Shown here: positions 25,172 to 37,500 of the stretch, in pieces
Layout: the number at the start of each line of letters is the position of its first letter
Numbering within the stretch: position 1 is the first letter of the stretch
Assembly: GCA_964016885.1 (NCBI GenBank)
Contig: OZ024747.1
Span: 60,574,001 to 60,638,000 of the forward strand
Origin: Eledone cirrhosa
Lineage: Eukaryota
Length of the DNA: 64,000 nt
Direction of reading: 5' to 3'
Program-made: the position numbers and the translations under genes
The notes under the pieces: generated by a model
The model's input: only the letters and a program-made list of their open reading frames with translations
What the model was told of the DNA's origin: nothing
The model's database searches: none

Positions 25172-25308
25172 AAATTGAATATAGAAATGGTTTCTACATG
25201 ACTAGAACTGTTTTATTCATATGAAACCATCAAGAATGCAGCAATCCTGATGTTTCCATACGAATGAAACAGTTCTAGTCCTGTGAAAGCCATTTCTATA
25301 TTAAATTT
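25172..25308. mobile_element. Fold-back (inverted-repeat) element, same family as 54654-54830
   Basis: Arms aatatagaaatggtttctacatgactagaactgtttt / gaaacagttctagtcctgtgaaagccatttctatatt. Confidence 0.7.
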
Positions 25309-25329
25309 CATTATATATATGGACAGTAT

Positions 25330-25422
25330 CCCTTGATAAGTTCAGCTAGATTTCCGTCATTCTAATACTGGTGGGTTAGTTTGGATCTAACTGTTGAAAC
25401 AGCCGGAGCTCCGCCGTTGGGG
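25330..25422 (+). ncRNA. Degenerate type-I hammerhead motif with U3-A8 core and long helix II
   Basis: CCC-UUGAUAA-g..cagcuagau(loop)aucuaacug..-GAAAC-agccggagcuccgcc-GUU-GGGG; the 3' half matches the arms of the 44146 and 57613 elements. Confidence 0.55.
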
Positions 25423-25435
25423 TCCTGACTCTTTT

Positions 25436-25471
<36 letters not shown>

Positions 25472-26285
25472 CATGAGTTAATATCAGATGCATCTCAAAA
25501 TGCTAAGTTCATGAATTAATGGTTGTGATATTACTTATGATAGTATTTTTCCTGCTTTAAACTATTAGCCAGAAAGCAACAAGACATTTTTACATTTATA
25601 TCGGAATCAGAAGTATAAAAATAGAAACAAACTATATCAGCTAGCCATATGGATTTTAATAAGATTTGGCCAAAGTTACATGGCAACCAAGAAGAAGAAA
25701 AAAATATTTAAGAGAATGAAGAATCTAACTGTATGATTTTTGGATTTGGTAATTTTCAAAGACAGAAGCAATTATAAAAATGTTGGAATGGTAATATATC
25801 AAATCCATACAAAGTATATATCTATCAATATTTCATGTCCTTTATTTCATGCTTAGATGGTTCTGGGGATTATTTGTGTATTTACAAGAAATTTTTGAAT
25901 TAGTATTTCACAGTTGCCTGCCCTTTATAATTTCAACTACTGAACTGTGAAATTGATGTGGTTGTCAGGAGTATGTGAGGTGCCAGAGATGTGTTGCAGC
26001 AATGTCTTTTATTAAAAGCAACTGCACAGTTATAACTGAAGATAAGTGGGCCTCAGCAGGCAGATGTGCACATGACATATTATCAAAATGAAATCTTCTC
26101 TCATTTTCATGCCTTAACTTTACAGAATTTACATTCATCATCATCATCATTATCCTCAGCTGATATCTGCTGCATCAATGTAAAGGCCTTCCCAAGCCAG
26201 TGCCAATTGTTCCTATCTTGTGTTGCTCTCTTCCATATAACACCTATAAACAGATGAGCAGATCGGGCTGGAGTCGGGTCTTTAA

Positions 26286-26318
<33 letters not shown>

Positions 26319-26322
<4 letters not shown>

Positions 26323-27291
26323 AACAATGGATACACAATAGATGTAGTGGGATCTCAGGAAGCTTAACTAAGAATGTAGGCTTCACATGTAGCAACTGTG
26401 CTGGGCCAGCAAGCAGCCACAGGAAACGAGCACCACCAAACTCTGGGAGGGCTCTGTAGAAACAGTAGACAGCTTCTGCTACCTAGGTGACTGAATTAGC
26501 AGCGGAGGTGGGTGTTCAGAAAGTATAATAACTAGACTAAGAACGGGATGGAAGAAGTTTAGGGAGCTAGTGCCACTGCTAGCTGCAAAATGAAAGGCAG
26601 ACTGTATGATGCGTGTATACGAACAGCAATGTTACATGGTAGTGAGACCTGGGCGCTGTCTGTAGAAGAGTTGCATAGATTAGAAAGAAACAAAGCCTGC
26701 ATGCTCCGATGGATGTGTAATAGTAATATACGCGATCGGCAAAGCATAAACAGGTTGAGAGAGAGACTGAGCATAAGAGGAATCAAATGCTATGTGCAGG
26801 AGAGGTGGTTGCATTGGTATGGACATGTGATGTGTATGAAGGATGACAGCTGCATAAAAAGGTACAGAGCACTAGAAGTCGATGGAAGCCGCGGAGTGGG
26901 GCGTCCCAAGAAGACCTGTGATGAGGTGATAAAAGCCGACTACCCAATTTAACCTCTCAAAGGCGATGACACATGACTGTGATCTCTGGCGTCACGCAGT
27001 AATACAGAAGACCCGACCCACCCACGGGTACAATCCGAAGCTGAAGCATATAGACCATATGCCCCCCCCCCCCCACTACAAAGTAGTCGTGGAGGTGCCA
27101 TGACAAAAAAGCACCCAGTCCACACTGTAAAGTGGACGTGTAGGTGCCACGGAAAAAAAAGCACCCAGCACTCACTGTAAATGAGGTTGGTGTTAGGAAG
27201 GGCATCCAACTGTAGAAATCAAGCCAGAATCAGTTCCTGTATGAGCAAGGCATGGTCAGCCGACCGGCTACTGCCCACAACAGGACAACCC
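26319..27291 (+). pseudogene. RTE LINE fragment (subfamily 1), frameshifted, lacking the terminal tail
   Basis: Closely similar to 39375-40360, with stops and deletions; begins immediately after (TA)n. Confidence 0.92.
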
Positions 27292-27469
27292 ATATTGACA
27301 CTTTTGGCATCTCTATAGGTTACATAATCCAGTTTCACTATGTATATATGTGTGTGTCTGTGCTTATGCTTTATAACTTTGAGGTTTGACAAAACAAACT
27401 TGATAAAATATGTACCAGACTTTAATTATGTACTGGAGACAATTTGATCAACTATATTTCCTTGTATGA

Positions 27470-27672
27470 AGAAAGTGGTCATGAAGGTATCACGATAAAA
27501 AGCTCCCAGTACACACAGTAAATGTGGTTGTCATTAGGAAGGGCATCCAGCTGTAGAAATCAAGCCAAAATCAGATCTATATGAGCAAGACATGGTCCCT
27601 ATCTCACAATAGGACAACTTATCTGACTCATGCTAGTGTGGAAAATGGATTTAAACAATGATGGTGACAATG
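27470..27672 (+). mobile_element. RTE-tail or SINE fragment
   Basis: ttaggaagggcatccagctgtagaaatcaagcc..catgctagtgtggaaaa. Confidence 0.8.
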
Positions 27673-28500
27673 AGGTCCCTCACCATGTTTCTGATTTTGC
27701 TGGTTTGCTTCTTCAGTCTCTAAACATATATGTGTGTATGTGTGTTTGTCAGTATGTGTGACAATGTCTGTCTACATTTATGTTTCATAACTTTACTGTT
27801 CAATAAGAAATGATCGATAAAATAAGTATTATGCTTGAAAATTAATGCATTGAGGAGATTAAAGATAATTGACTAAATTGTCCATATAAAGGTTGCCCCA
27901 GCATGGCCATTGCCATAGTCAAATGACTGCACTTGGTAAAAGAAACAAATCTGACACAGGAAAATGTTCCTTATCTTCAAGTATCCAGTGCTTTTCTTCT
28001 GCAATCTGTGTGTTGACATGTGCAATGTTCAGCCATTGCAGTCGATATAGATGGATTGCTTCTAATAAATGTTGCCAATTACAGGTGAACAACTGACTGA
28101 ACTAAATATCCCCACTGGACTATATCAGAGAACAATCTTGACAATACAAACATAACAAAAGGAGAAACAAATTGAAATGAAATGGCAAACAAGAATCGGC
28201 AGTTAGCAAACAACTGCACATTGATTACAAGTCAAGTTGATATCCCATGTGCATTTCATTATTACTGCAATGCAATATGCTGCAAAGCAATCAGCAGGCT
28301 AGATTGCATCAACAGTGAAGATCAATACAGAAAGTTATTAAGACAAATCTGATAATGATGATGGAACTGAATAGTTATTAAGGTAGACCATTTTACTTCT
28401 TAACCAAATATTTCTGTATCTTTCTTTCAGGCGATTTAATTGATCATTAACTTTGGTACACTTCTGCCTTCTATCATAGACACACACATATATATGTATA

Positions 28501-28536
<36 letters not shown>

Positions 28537-28641
28537 AGTATAGGGTACTCAAATCAGTGAACCATCAGTAACTAAACATTACACACCAATACAATATATA
28601 TACATATAACATCAATGAAAGATTAACAAATAAAGACAGTA

Positions 28642-28683
<42 letters not shown>

Positions 28684-28686
28684 ATA

Positions 28687-29088
28687 CAGGGTAGGCCAGA
28701 ATTCATGACGCCCTTGATTATTTATAGATCTATTAACACAAAATGTTATAAAACAAGTTAAGGAATATAATACTATATACCGGCATAAGATCATGAACAA
28801 GATATAGTAAGCACACAAATGTACACATTTAATTAATGCGCTGCAGTGGATTGGCAGTATCAGTATAGAGTTACGTTCCTTTATGATCTAAGTTCAAATC
28901 CCGCCGAGGATAACTTTGCCTTTCATCCTTACGGGGTCGATAAAATAAAGTACCAGTAATGTACTGGGTAATTGCTCTGCCTTGTGCCAAAAATAGAAAC
29001 AATTAAATTAATGCGCTGCTGATTTAAATTGGTTTGCCATGTTAAGAAATATAACTAACAAGCGAGTCATGAATTCTGGCCCACCCTG
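28687..29088. mobile_element. Tc1/mariner-type MITE with nested SINE
   Basis: TA|cagggtaggccagaattcatgac ... gtcatgaattctggcccaccctg|TA. Confidence 0.88.
28845..29005 (+). mobile_element. SINE family B with 14-bp TSD
   Basis: TSD aattaatgcgctgc at 28831-28844 and 29006-29019. Confidence 0.9.
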
Positions 29089-29661
29089 TATACACACAAA
29101 CAATCACACATATATATATATATATGAGTGTGTGTATGTGTATATATATATATATATATACACCTACACCCACAAGTAGGCAGGAGTGAAGTCAAGATTG
29201 CACCATAAATGAACTTGATTGCATATGACAATTATTTCAATATTGATCAAGTCAGGTTTTGATCATAGTCTTCGGAGTCCAACTCCAGATCAACATCTCT
29301 TCAGATATGCTTTCATGAATGCAGAACATACTTTAACTTAGTGACCCTCCATTGGGCTTGTATAACAGTCTTCAAAGAAGCTTGACCTTATTCACTGCCA
29401 TACTACTACCATCCCTTGGTGGTGGTGTTGTTGTTATAGTTGTTGTTGTTGACTATCATTACTAGGTTTTACTTTATTTTTATTTTGTTTCTTTATTCTC
29501 TATTTTCTGTTCTTTCTATTTTTTGGGACTTTTGTATTTAAAATTATTTTTTTTTTATACATTTACAATAGCGAGTCTCCTTTAACATCCTCCGGGGAAA
29601 TGCCTTCTCCATTCTGTTTGCTGGGGGCATGGAGCCAGCGCTTGGGACCCCATTTGTTCAC

Positions 29662-30030
29662 AATAATTGTTTCTACTTTTGGCACAAGGCCAGCAATTAT
29701 CCCAGTGTATTACTGGTACTTTATTTTATCGACCCCCATAAGGATGACAGGCAAAGTTAACATCAGCGGGATTTGAACTCAGAACATAAAGCAACGTAAC
29801 TCTATGCTGCAAAGCAGAGTGTCTGATGCTCTACCGATTCTGCCAGTCCACCGCCCTTTTGTTCATAATAATTGTTTCTACTTTTGGCATAAGGCCAGCA
29901 ATGATCCAGTTCATTACTGGTACTTTATTTTATCGACCCGGTAAGGATGAAAGGCAAAGTTAACCTCGAAGGGATTTGAACTCAGACCGTAAAGGGACGT
30001 AACTATGCTGGAAAGCATGGTGTCCGAAGG
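29662..30030 (-). mobile_element. Two head-to-tail SINE family B copies
   Basis: 29662-29856 and 29868-30030, both reverse-complement family B; tttgttca(c/t)aataattg is repeated at the junctions. Confidence 0.88.
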
Positions 30031-30187
30031 AGAGCTAGAGCCAATGACAGTGGGAGTTTGGTTCCTATGTGTTCGTACCTGCTGTATATGTTTATATTTA
30101 TTTACCTCACCACAATAATACTCTATTTCCAAACAAACATGTTATTTCCTTCCAACATCCAAGTCTTTCTTTTGTTTTGTCTTGTTT

Positions 30188-30660
30188 CACTAATCTGGAA
30201 ATCTGATCTTCCAGACAGCCTAAAACTCAGCTTCTTCCATGCCACTGTAGAATCGGTCTTAGTGTATGGTGCCAATGCTTGCACACTGACCAAAAAACTA
30301 GAATCCAAACTTGATGGAACTTATACACAGATGCTAAGGGCTGTACTTAATATCTCATGTACACAGCATCCTAATAAAGAACTGCCCTATGTACCATCCC
30401 TGATATATCTGCAATATTGTGGGAACAAAGAATACAATTTGCTGGACACTACTGACAAGCAAAGCAGGGACTTGTTTAGTGAACATAGCTAGGTGCCCAA
30501 AGCAAAAGGTCAGAGAAGGGTTGGCCAACCAGCTTTAACTAACATTGACCAACTATGTAGGGACACAGGATGCTCCCCTAATGACCTCCCAACACTTATG
30601 TTTCATCATGGTGGATGGCATGCTAGGACCATGATTGTCCGAGCAAGCTCGACCAGATAT
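30188..30660 (+). mobile_element. RTEX/RTE-like LINE 3' remnant
   Basis: IWKSDLPDSLKLSFFHATVESVLVYGA..TLTKKLESKLDGTYTQMLRAVLNIS...RRVGQPALTNIDQLCRDTG. Confidence 0.8.
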
Positions 30661-31202
30661 CTAATGAAATACTCTGTGCCTTACCTATGTGACTATCCTT
30701 TTATCTACGTACCTCCCTCTCCTCACACCCTAAAATAAGGTTACATAAAGGAATCACATGACTTTTTTCAACAGTCAGAATGTGTTTTGTGGCTATGAAA
30801 GCATATCTGATGAGATGTCAGTACAGAATCAGCCCTGAATGTTATGATCAAACCCTGAGCTGATTGATATCAAAATAATTGTGATATGCAATGAAGTTTT
30901 TGTATGGTGCAGCCTTGACTTCATTCCTGCTTACTTGTATTTACACTCTGCATGTTACAGCCACCTTAACCCTAGAGTTCACTGAAGTATAAACCCTACA
31001 CTAGACAGAACCATGTATCAGCATTGAGTACTTTAACCAATGAGCTATAGTTGCACACATATATACCATATATATGAATGTATGTATGTATATATATATA
31101 TAACTTGACTGGGCTGGTAGCTGCTAAATGGTCGGTCGCCCTCATGTCTCTGATTTTCAGCACCATGGATTTTGACTATTGTATTCCTTTGTTATATTTC
31201 GA

Positions 31203-31265
31203 ATACCTGATGATGTCACCGGATTCATACTGAACCCAGTCATTGAAATGATCACAGAATAATAA
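31203..31265 (+). ncRNA. Decayed hammerhead-like motif
   Basis: CUGAUGA, imperfect stem (ug..ggauuc/gaaccc..ca), GAAA, palindromic ugauca, then AATAAA; the cleavage triplet is lost. Confidence 0.35.
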
Positions 31266-31321
31266 ACCTTTTAAGGAATTACACCAATCTAGCCTCCTGT
31301 TATTTTATTATATATATATAT

Positions 31322-31590
31322 ATATATTGGTAAACGGAAAAGAAAATGCTGACAAATTGTTCACAGTGAAAAATAGTTTAATTAGGAATAAGTGAAAATT
31401 AGTAATAGTATTGGTTAGTATTCAGTTTTGGTTTTAAGTTTTACCGGTTGCGCATTTCTAATGCTCTTCAAAAATAATTTTGAGATAGAGCGCCCGTGAT
31501 GTTTGCTCTAATCGGATTAAATGTCAGCATTTTCTTTTCCGTTTACCAATATATCATAACTCGTGTGTTACACCTCTATTCTTTTAAATA
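31322..31590. mobile_element. Inverted-repeat element with tail, in (TA)n; contains a decayed minus-strand hammerhead motif
   Basis: Perfect 33-bp arms 31322-31354 / 31522-31554; the minus strand at 31438-31475 reads UUU-UUGAAGA-GCAUU(aga)AAUGC-GCAACCGGUA-AAA. Confidence 0.6.
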
Positions 31591-31624
31591 TATATATATA
31601 TATATATATATATACTTCTATATA

Positions 31625-32075
31625 TCTGTTTCTAGTGCTATGACGAATTTCCTCCTCCAGCTCACCCTGTCTATCATTGCCATCTGAATTTCCCCAGCCT
31701 CCAACCCAGTGTCATCTTCAGGAACATCCTTCAGTGTGGTAGCTGGTCTCCCAACACGTTTGCACCCATCAGGTTTCCAGAAAAGGACTCTGCCAGCAGG
31801 TCCACTTTTACATCTCACATGTGAGCCAGCTAATGTGAGCCAGCTACAGCATATGATGTGAGAAAGGTGAAGGTGTGAACCATAGAGTGATTTATTTGCT
31901 ACGGGTGTTCTCCAGGATATATTCTGGACGTTTGCTCAGCATTTACGTGAATGAGCAATTAATCCCCCTGTGTGAGTGTTGTTGTTAGTGCCCATGAGAC
32001 ACATCTGTAGAGGAGAATGGACTCAAGTGGAGAAAGACAGACATTACACCAGTTTTGAACATGTAAGACCATTAT
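31625..32075 (-). mobile_element. RTEX/RTE-like LINE 3' remnant
   Basis: VLFWKPDGCKRVGRPATTLKDVPEDDTGL...AMIDRVSWRR. Confidence 0.75.
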
Positions 32076-32333
32076 TCAGCAGAGTACTCAATACTTGGGA
32101 TAGTAGAGTGCTAAGGAAGGCTCTAAACATTTGTTTTCCTTGAAATTCTTAATTATTTACCAAACTTAACTGAAACAAATAGTGTACTTCATTAGGAATA
32201 TGGCAGTGGCAGGATCATATTAATCCATGGTCAGGCCTCGAGGCTTTCAGTGATTTCAGGCTTACTCAAGTACTTCAGTCAGGTAAGAGTGCCTCAACAA
32301 AAACGTTTAACAAGCTCCTACTCTCTGTGGTGC

Positions 32334-32641
32334 CAGGGTTGGATTTGGAACGGGATGGAGTGGGGGGTGGGGGGCTGGATGCTTGGGGGACCCCTCATGC
32401 ATGATAAATTAGAATACACAGTAAACCCGCCAATTTTATATATCAAAATTACCTTGGCGCAAATAATTGGTATTGAAAAGTTATAGGTACAGGTATAAAA
32501 TTAAAAAAATTTAACCATTCTAAAACTAAAAAAATCCTAGTTGAAGGTGCAAATAAATTGCTACGGCCATCGCTGGCGGGGATCGCTACTGCAGGCGGCC
32601 CAGGGCACTTGTTCCCTTACCCCTCATTAAACCCGACCTCG
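32334..32641. mobile_element. hAT (Tip100-like) MITE
   Basis: Perfect 8-bp TSD tgtggtgc (32326-32333, 32642-32649); imperfect TIRs cagggttggattt / aaacccgacctcg. Confidence 0.7.
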
Positions 32642-32982
32642 TGTGGTGCCCCAAGGTTTCAGCCTAGTCAGCTTTGTAAACTCTGGTTTCTCCTCACCCC
32701 AAACGGATAAATCTTTCGCCTTTTACTAAAGTCAGCTTTATAAATAATATATATGACCCTTGGTAATAAAAGGCTTAATAAGCTATCAGGCTTTGTTAAT
32801 CTCTCTTTCCCAGCTGCAGAGATAGAAAGAAAGATGGTTACTTATTAAGTAATTGCACTATACATTTATATATTTGATACAATCATGAGAGCCTGGCCAC
32901 ATTTCTCCATCTATGGAGGTTGCTATTGCACCTAATTTTCTATAGCTCTGTTCATAGCTATCTCTCTGCATTTGAGATTTTC

Positions 32983-33014
<32 letters not shown>

Positions 33015-33042
33015 CCATCATCATCATACACACACACACACG

Positions 33043-33077
<35 letters not shown>

Positions 33078-33142
33078 GCACACACATATATATTATCATC
33101 ATCACCATCGTTTTTACATCCGCTTTTCCATGCTTGCATGGA

Positions 33143-34440
33143 TGTTTGTGTAAGTATATATATATATATATATACTTACACAAACATATATATATATATA
33201 TATATACTTACACAAACATATATATATATATATATATACTTACACAAACATATATATATATATATATATACTTACACAAACATATATATATATATATATA
33301 TACTTACACAAACATATATATATATATATATATACTTACACAAACATATATATATATATATATATACTTACACAAACATATATATATATATATATATATA
33401 CTTACACAAACATATATATATATATATATATATACTTACACAAACATATATATATATATATATATATACTTACACAAACATATATATATATATATATATA
33501 TATACTTACACAAACATATATATATATATATATATATACTTACACAAACATATATATATATATATATATATACTTACACAAACATATATATATATATATA
33601 TACTTACACAAACATATATATATATATATATATATACTTACACAAACATATATATATATATATATATACTTACACAAACATATATATATATATATATATA
33701 TACTTACACAAACATATATATATATATATATACTTACACAAACATATATATATATATATATATATACTTACACAAACATATATATATATATATATATATA
33801 CTTACACAAACATATATATATATATATATATATACTTACACAAACATATATATATATATATACTTACACAAACATATATATATATATATATATATACTTA
33901 CACAAACATATATATATATATATATATACTTACACAAACATATATATATATATATACTTACACAAACATATATATATATATATATATATATACTTACACA
34001 AACATATATATATATATATATATATACTTACACAAACATATATATATATATATATATACTTACACAAACATATATATATATATATATATATACTTACACA
34101 AACATATATATATATATATATATATACTTACACAAACATATATATATATATATATATACTTACACAAACATATATATATATATATATATACTTACACAAA
34201 CATATATATATATATATATATATACTTACACAAACATATATATATATATATATACTTACACAAACATATATATATATATATATATATACTTACACAAACA
34301 TATATATATATATATATATATACTTACACAAACATATATATATATATATATATATATACTTACACAAACATATATATATATATATATATATACTTACACA
34401 AACATATATATATATATATATATATACTTACACAAACATA

Positions 34441-34472
<32 letters not shown>

Positions 34473-34506
34473 CATATATATATATACATATATATATACT
34501 TACACA
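33143..34506. repeat. Composite minisatellite CTTACACAAACA+(TA)n, ~42 units
   Basis: Constant 12-mer separated by variable TA runs. Confidence 0.95.
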
Positions 34507-34534
34507 ATCACCCACACCCACACACACACACACC

Positions 34535-34571
<37 letters not shown>

Positions 34572-37500
34572 GAGAGAAAGAGGGGGGGGGGGTGAGGAAA
34601 TAAAATTGATTAGTTCCATTGATTGACTATACCTACCTACATCAATATTGAACTAATTTCATTTCCAAAGTGGCACCATGTCTTACCAACTGCCTTATTT
34701 ACAAATAATCCCCGCAAGGCGACCTCCATACACATCTATCGATTTTTCAAAACCAATTCACTTTTAATCCATTGTACAGCAGGGAGTTTTAGGTTTTTCA
34801 ATGGAACTGTGTTTGTGTATGTATGTGTGAGAGAGTGAAAGAGGGGGAGATTGTGTGTGTGTGTATGATATATATATATGTGTTTGTGTATGTATGTGTG
34901 AGAGAGTGAAAGAGGGGGAGATTGTGTGTGTGTGTGTGATATATATATATGTGTGTGTGTATGTATGTGTGAGAGAGTGAAAGAGGGGGAGATTGTGTGT
35001 GTGTGTATGATATATATATATGTGTTTGTGTATGTATGTGTGAGAGAGTGAAAGAGGGGGAGATTGTGTGTGTGTGTGTGATATATATATATGTGTGTGT
35101 GTATGTATGTGTGAGAGAGTGAAAGAGGGGGAGATTGTGTGTGTGTGTATGATATATATATATGTGTTTGTGTATGTATGTGTGAGAGAGTGAAAGAGGG
35201 GGAGATTGTGTGTGTGTGTGTGATATATATATATGTGTGTGTGTATGTATGTGTGAGAGAGTGAAAGAGGGGGAGATTGTGTGTGTGTGTATGATATATA
35301 TATATATGTGTGTGTATGTATGTGTGAGAGAGTGAAAGAGGGGGAGATTGTGTGTGTGTGTATGATATATATATATATGTGTGTGTATGTATGTGTGAGA
35401 GAGTGAAAGAGGGGGAGATTGTGTGTGTGTGTATGATATATATATATATATGTGTGTGTATGTATGTGTGAGAGAGTGAAAGAGGGGGAGATTGTGTGTG
35501 TGTGTATGATATATATATATATGTGTGTGTATGTATGTGTGAGAGAGTGAAAGAGGGGGAGATTGTGTGTGTGTGTATGATATATATATATATATGTGTG
35601 TGTATGTATGTGTGAGAGAGTGAAAGAGGGGGAGATTGTGTGTGTGTGTATGATATATATATATATGTGTGTGTATGTATGTGTGAGAGAGTGAAAGAGG
35701 GGGAGATTGTGTGTGTGTGTATGATATATATATATGTGTTTGTGTATGTATGTGTGAGAGAGTGAAAGAGGGGGAGATTGTGTGTGTGTGTGTGATATAT
35801 ATATATGTGTGTGTGTATGTATGTGTGAGAGAGTGAAAGAGGGGGAGATTGTGTGTGTGTGTATGATATATATATATGTGTTTGTGTATGTATGTGTGAG
35901 AGAGTGAAAGAGGGGGAGATTGTGTGTGTGTGTGTGATATATATATATGTGTGTGTGTATGTATGTGTGAGAGAGTGAAAGAGGGGGAGATTGTGTGTGT
36001 GTGTGTATGATATATATATATATATGTGTGTGTATGTATGTGTGAGAGAGTGAAAGAGGGGGAGATTGTGTGTGTGTGTGATATATATGTGTGTGTGTGT
36101 GATATATATGTGTGTGTATGTATGTGTGAGAGAGTGAAAGAGGGGGAGATTGTGTGTGTGTGTATGATATATATATATATGTGTGTGTATGTATGTGTGA
36201 GAGAGTGAAAGAGGGGGAGATTGTGTGTGTGTGTGTGATATATATATATATGTGTGTGTATGTATGTGTGAGAGAGTGAAAGAGGGGGAGATTGTGTGTG
36301 TGTGTGATATATATGTGTGTGTATGTGTGATATATATATATATGTGTGTGTATATATGTGTGAGAGAGTGAAAGAGGGGGAGATTGTGTGTGTGTGTGAT
36401 AAATATATATATATGTGTGTATGTATGTGTGAGAGAGTGAAAGAGGGGGAGATTGTGTGTGTGTGTATGATATATATATATATGTGTGTGTATGTATGTG
36501 TGAGAGAGTGAAAGAGGGGGAGATTGTGTGTGTGTGTATGATATATATATATATGTGTGTGTATGTATGTGTGAGAGAGTGAAAGAGGGGGAGATTGTGT
36601 GTGTGTGTATGATATATATATATATGTGTGTGTATGTATGTGTGAGAGAGTGAAAGAGGGGGAGATTGTGTGTGTGTGTATGATATATATATATATGTGT
36701 GTGTATGTATGTGTGAGAGAGTGAAAGAGGGGGAGATTGTGTGTGTGTGTGTGATATATATGTGTGTGTGTGTGATATATATGTGTGTGTATGTATGTGT
36801 GAGAGAGTGAAAGAGGGGGAGATTGTGTGTGTGTGTATGATATATATATATATGTGTGTGTATGTATGTGTGAGAGAGTGAAAGAGGGGGAGATTGTGTG
36901 TGTGTGTGTGATATATATATATATGTGTGTGTATGTATGTGTGAGAGAGTGAAAGAGGGGGAGATTGTGTGTGTGTGTGATATATATGTGTGTGTATGTG
37001 TGATATATATATATATGTGTGTGTATATATGTGTGAGAGAGTGAAAGAGGGGGAGATTGTGTGTGTGTGTGATAAATATATATATATGTGTGTATGTATG
37101 TGTGAGAGAGTGAAAGAGGGGGAGATTGTGTGTGTGTGTATGATATATATATGTGTATGTATGTATGGGTGAGAGAGTGAAAGAGGGGGAGATTGTGTGT
37201 GTGTGTGATATATATATATATATGTGTGTATATATGTGTGAGAGAGTGAAAGAGGGGGAGATTGTGTGTGTGTGTGATAAATATATATATATGTGTGTAT
37301 GTATGTGTGAGAGAGTGAAAGAGGGGGAGATTGTGTGTGTGTGTGTGATATATATATATATGTGTGTGTATGTATGTGTGAGAGAGTGAAAGAGGGGGAG
37401 ATTGTGTGTGTGTGTGATATATATGTGTGTGTATGTGTGATATATATATATATGTGTGTGTATATATGTGTGAGAAAGTGAAAGAGGGGGAGATTGTGTG

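Noticed and set aside
27955-28140. Possible minus-strand coding exon
   Set aside because: Looks more like a very decayed LINE C-terminus (RLQWL..H..); too degenerate to call either way.
30807-30850. CTGATGAG hammerhead-like start
   Set aside because: No helix II followed by GAAA.
33174-34506. CRISPR-like look (constant repeat plus variable spacer), also at 62284-63625
   Set aside because: Spacers are only (TA)n of varying length; eukaryotic context and no cas genes.
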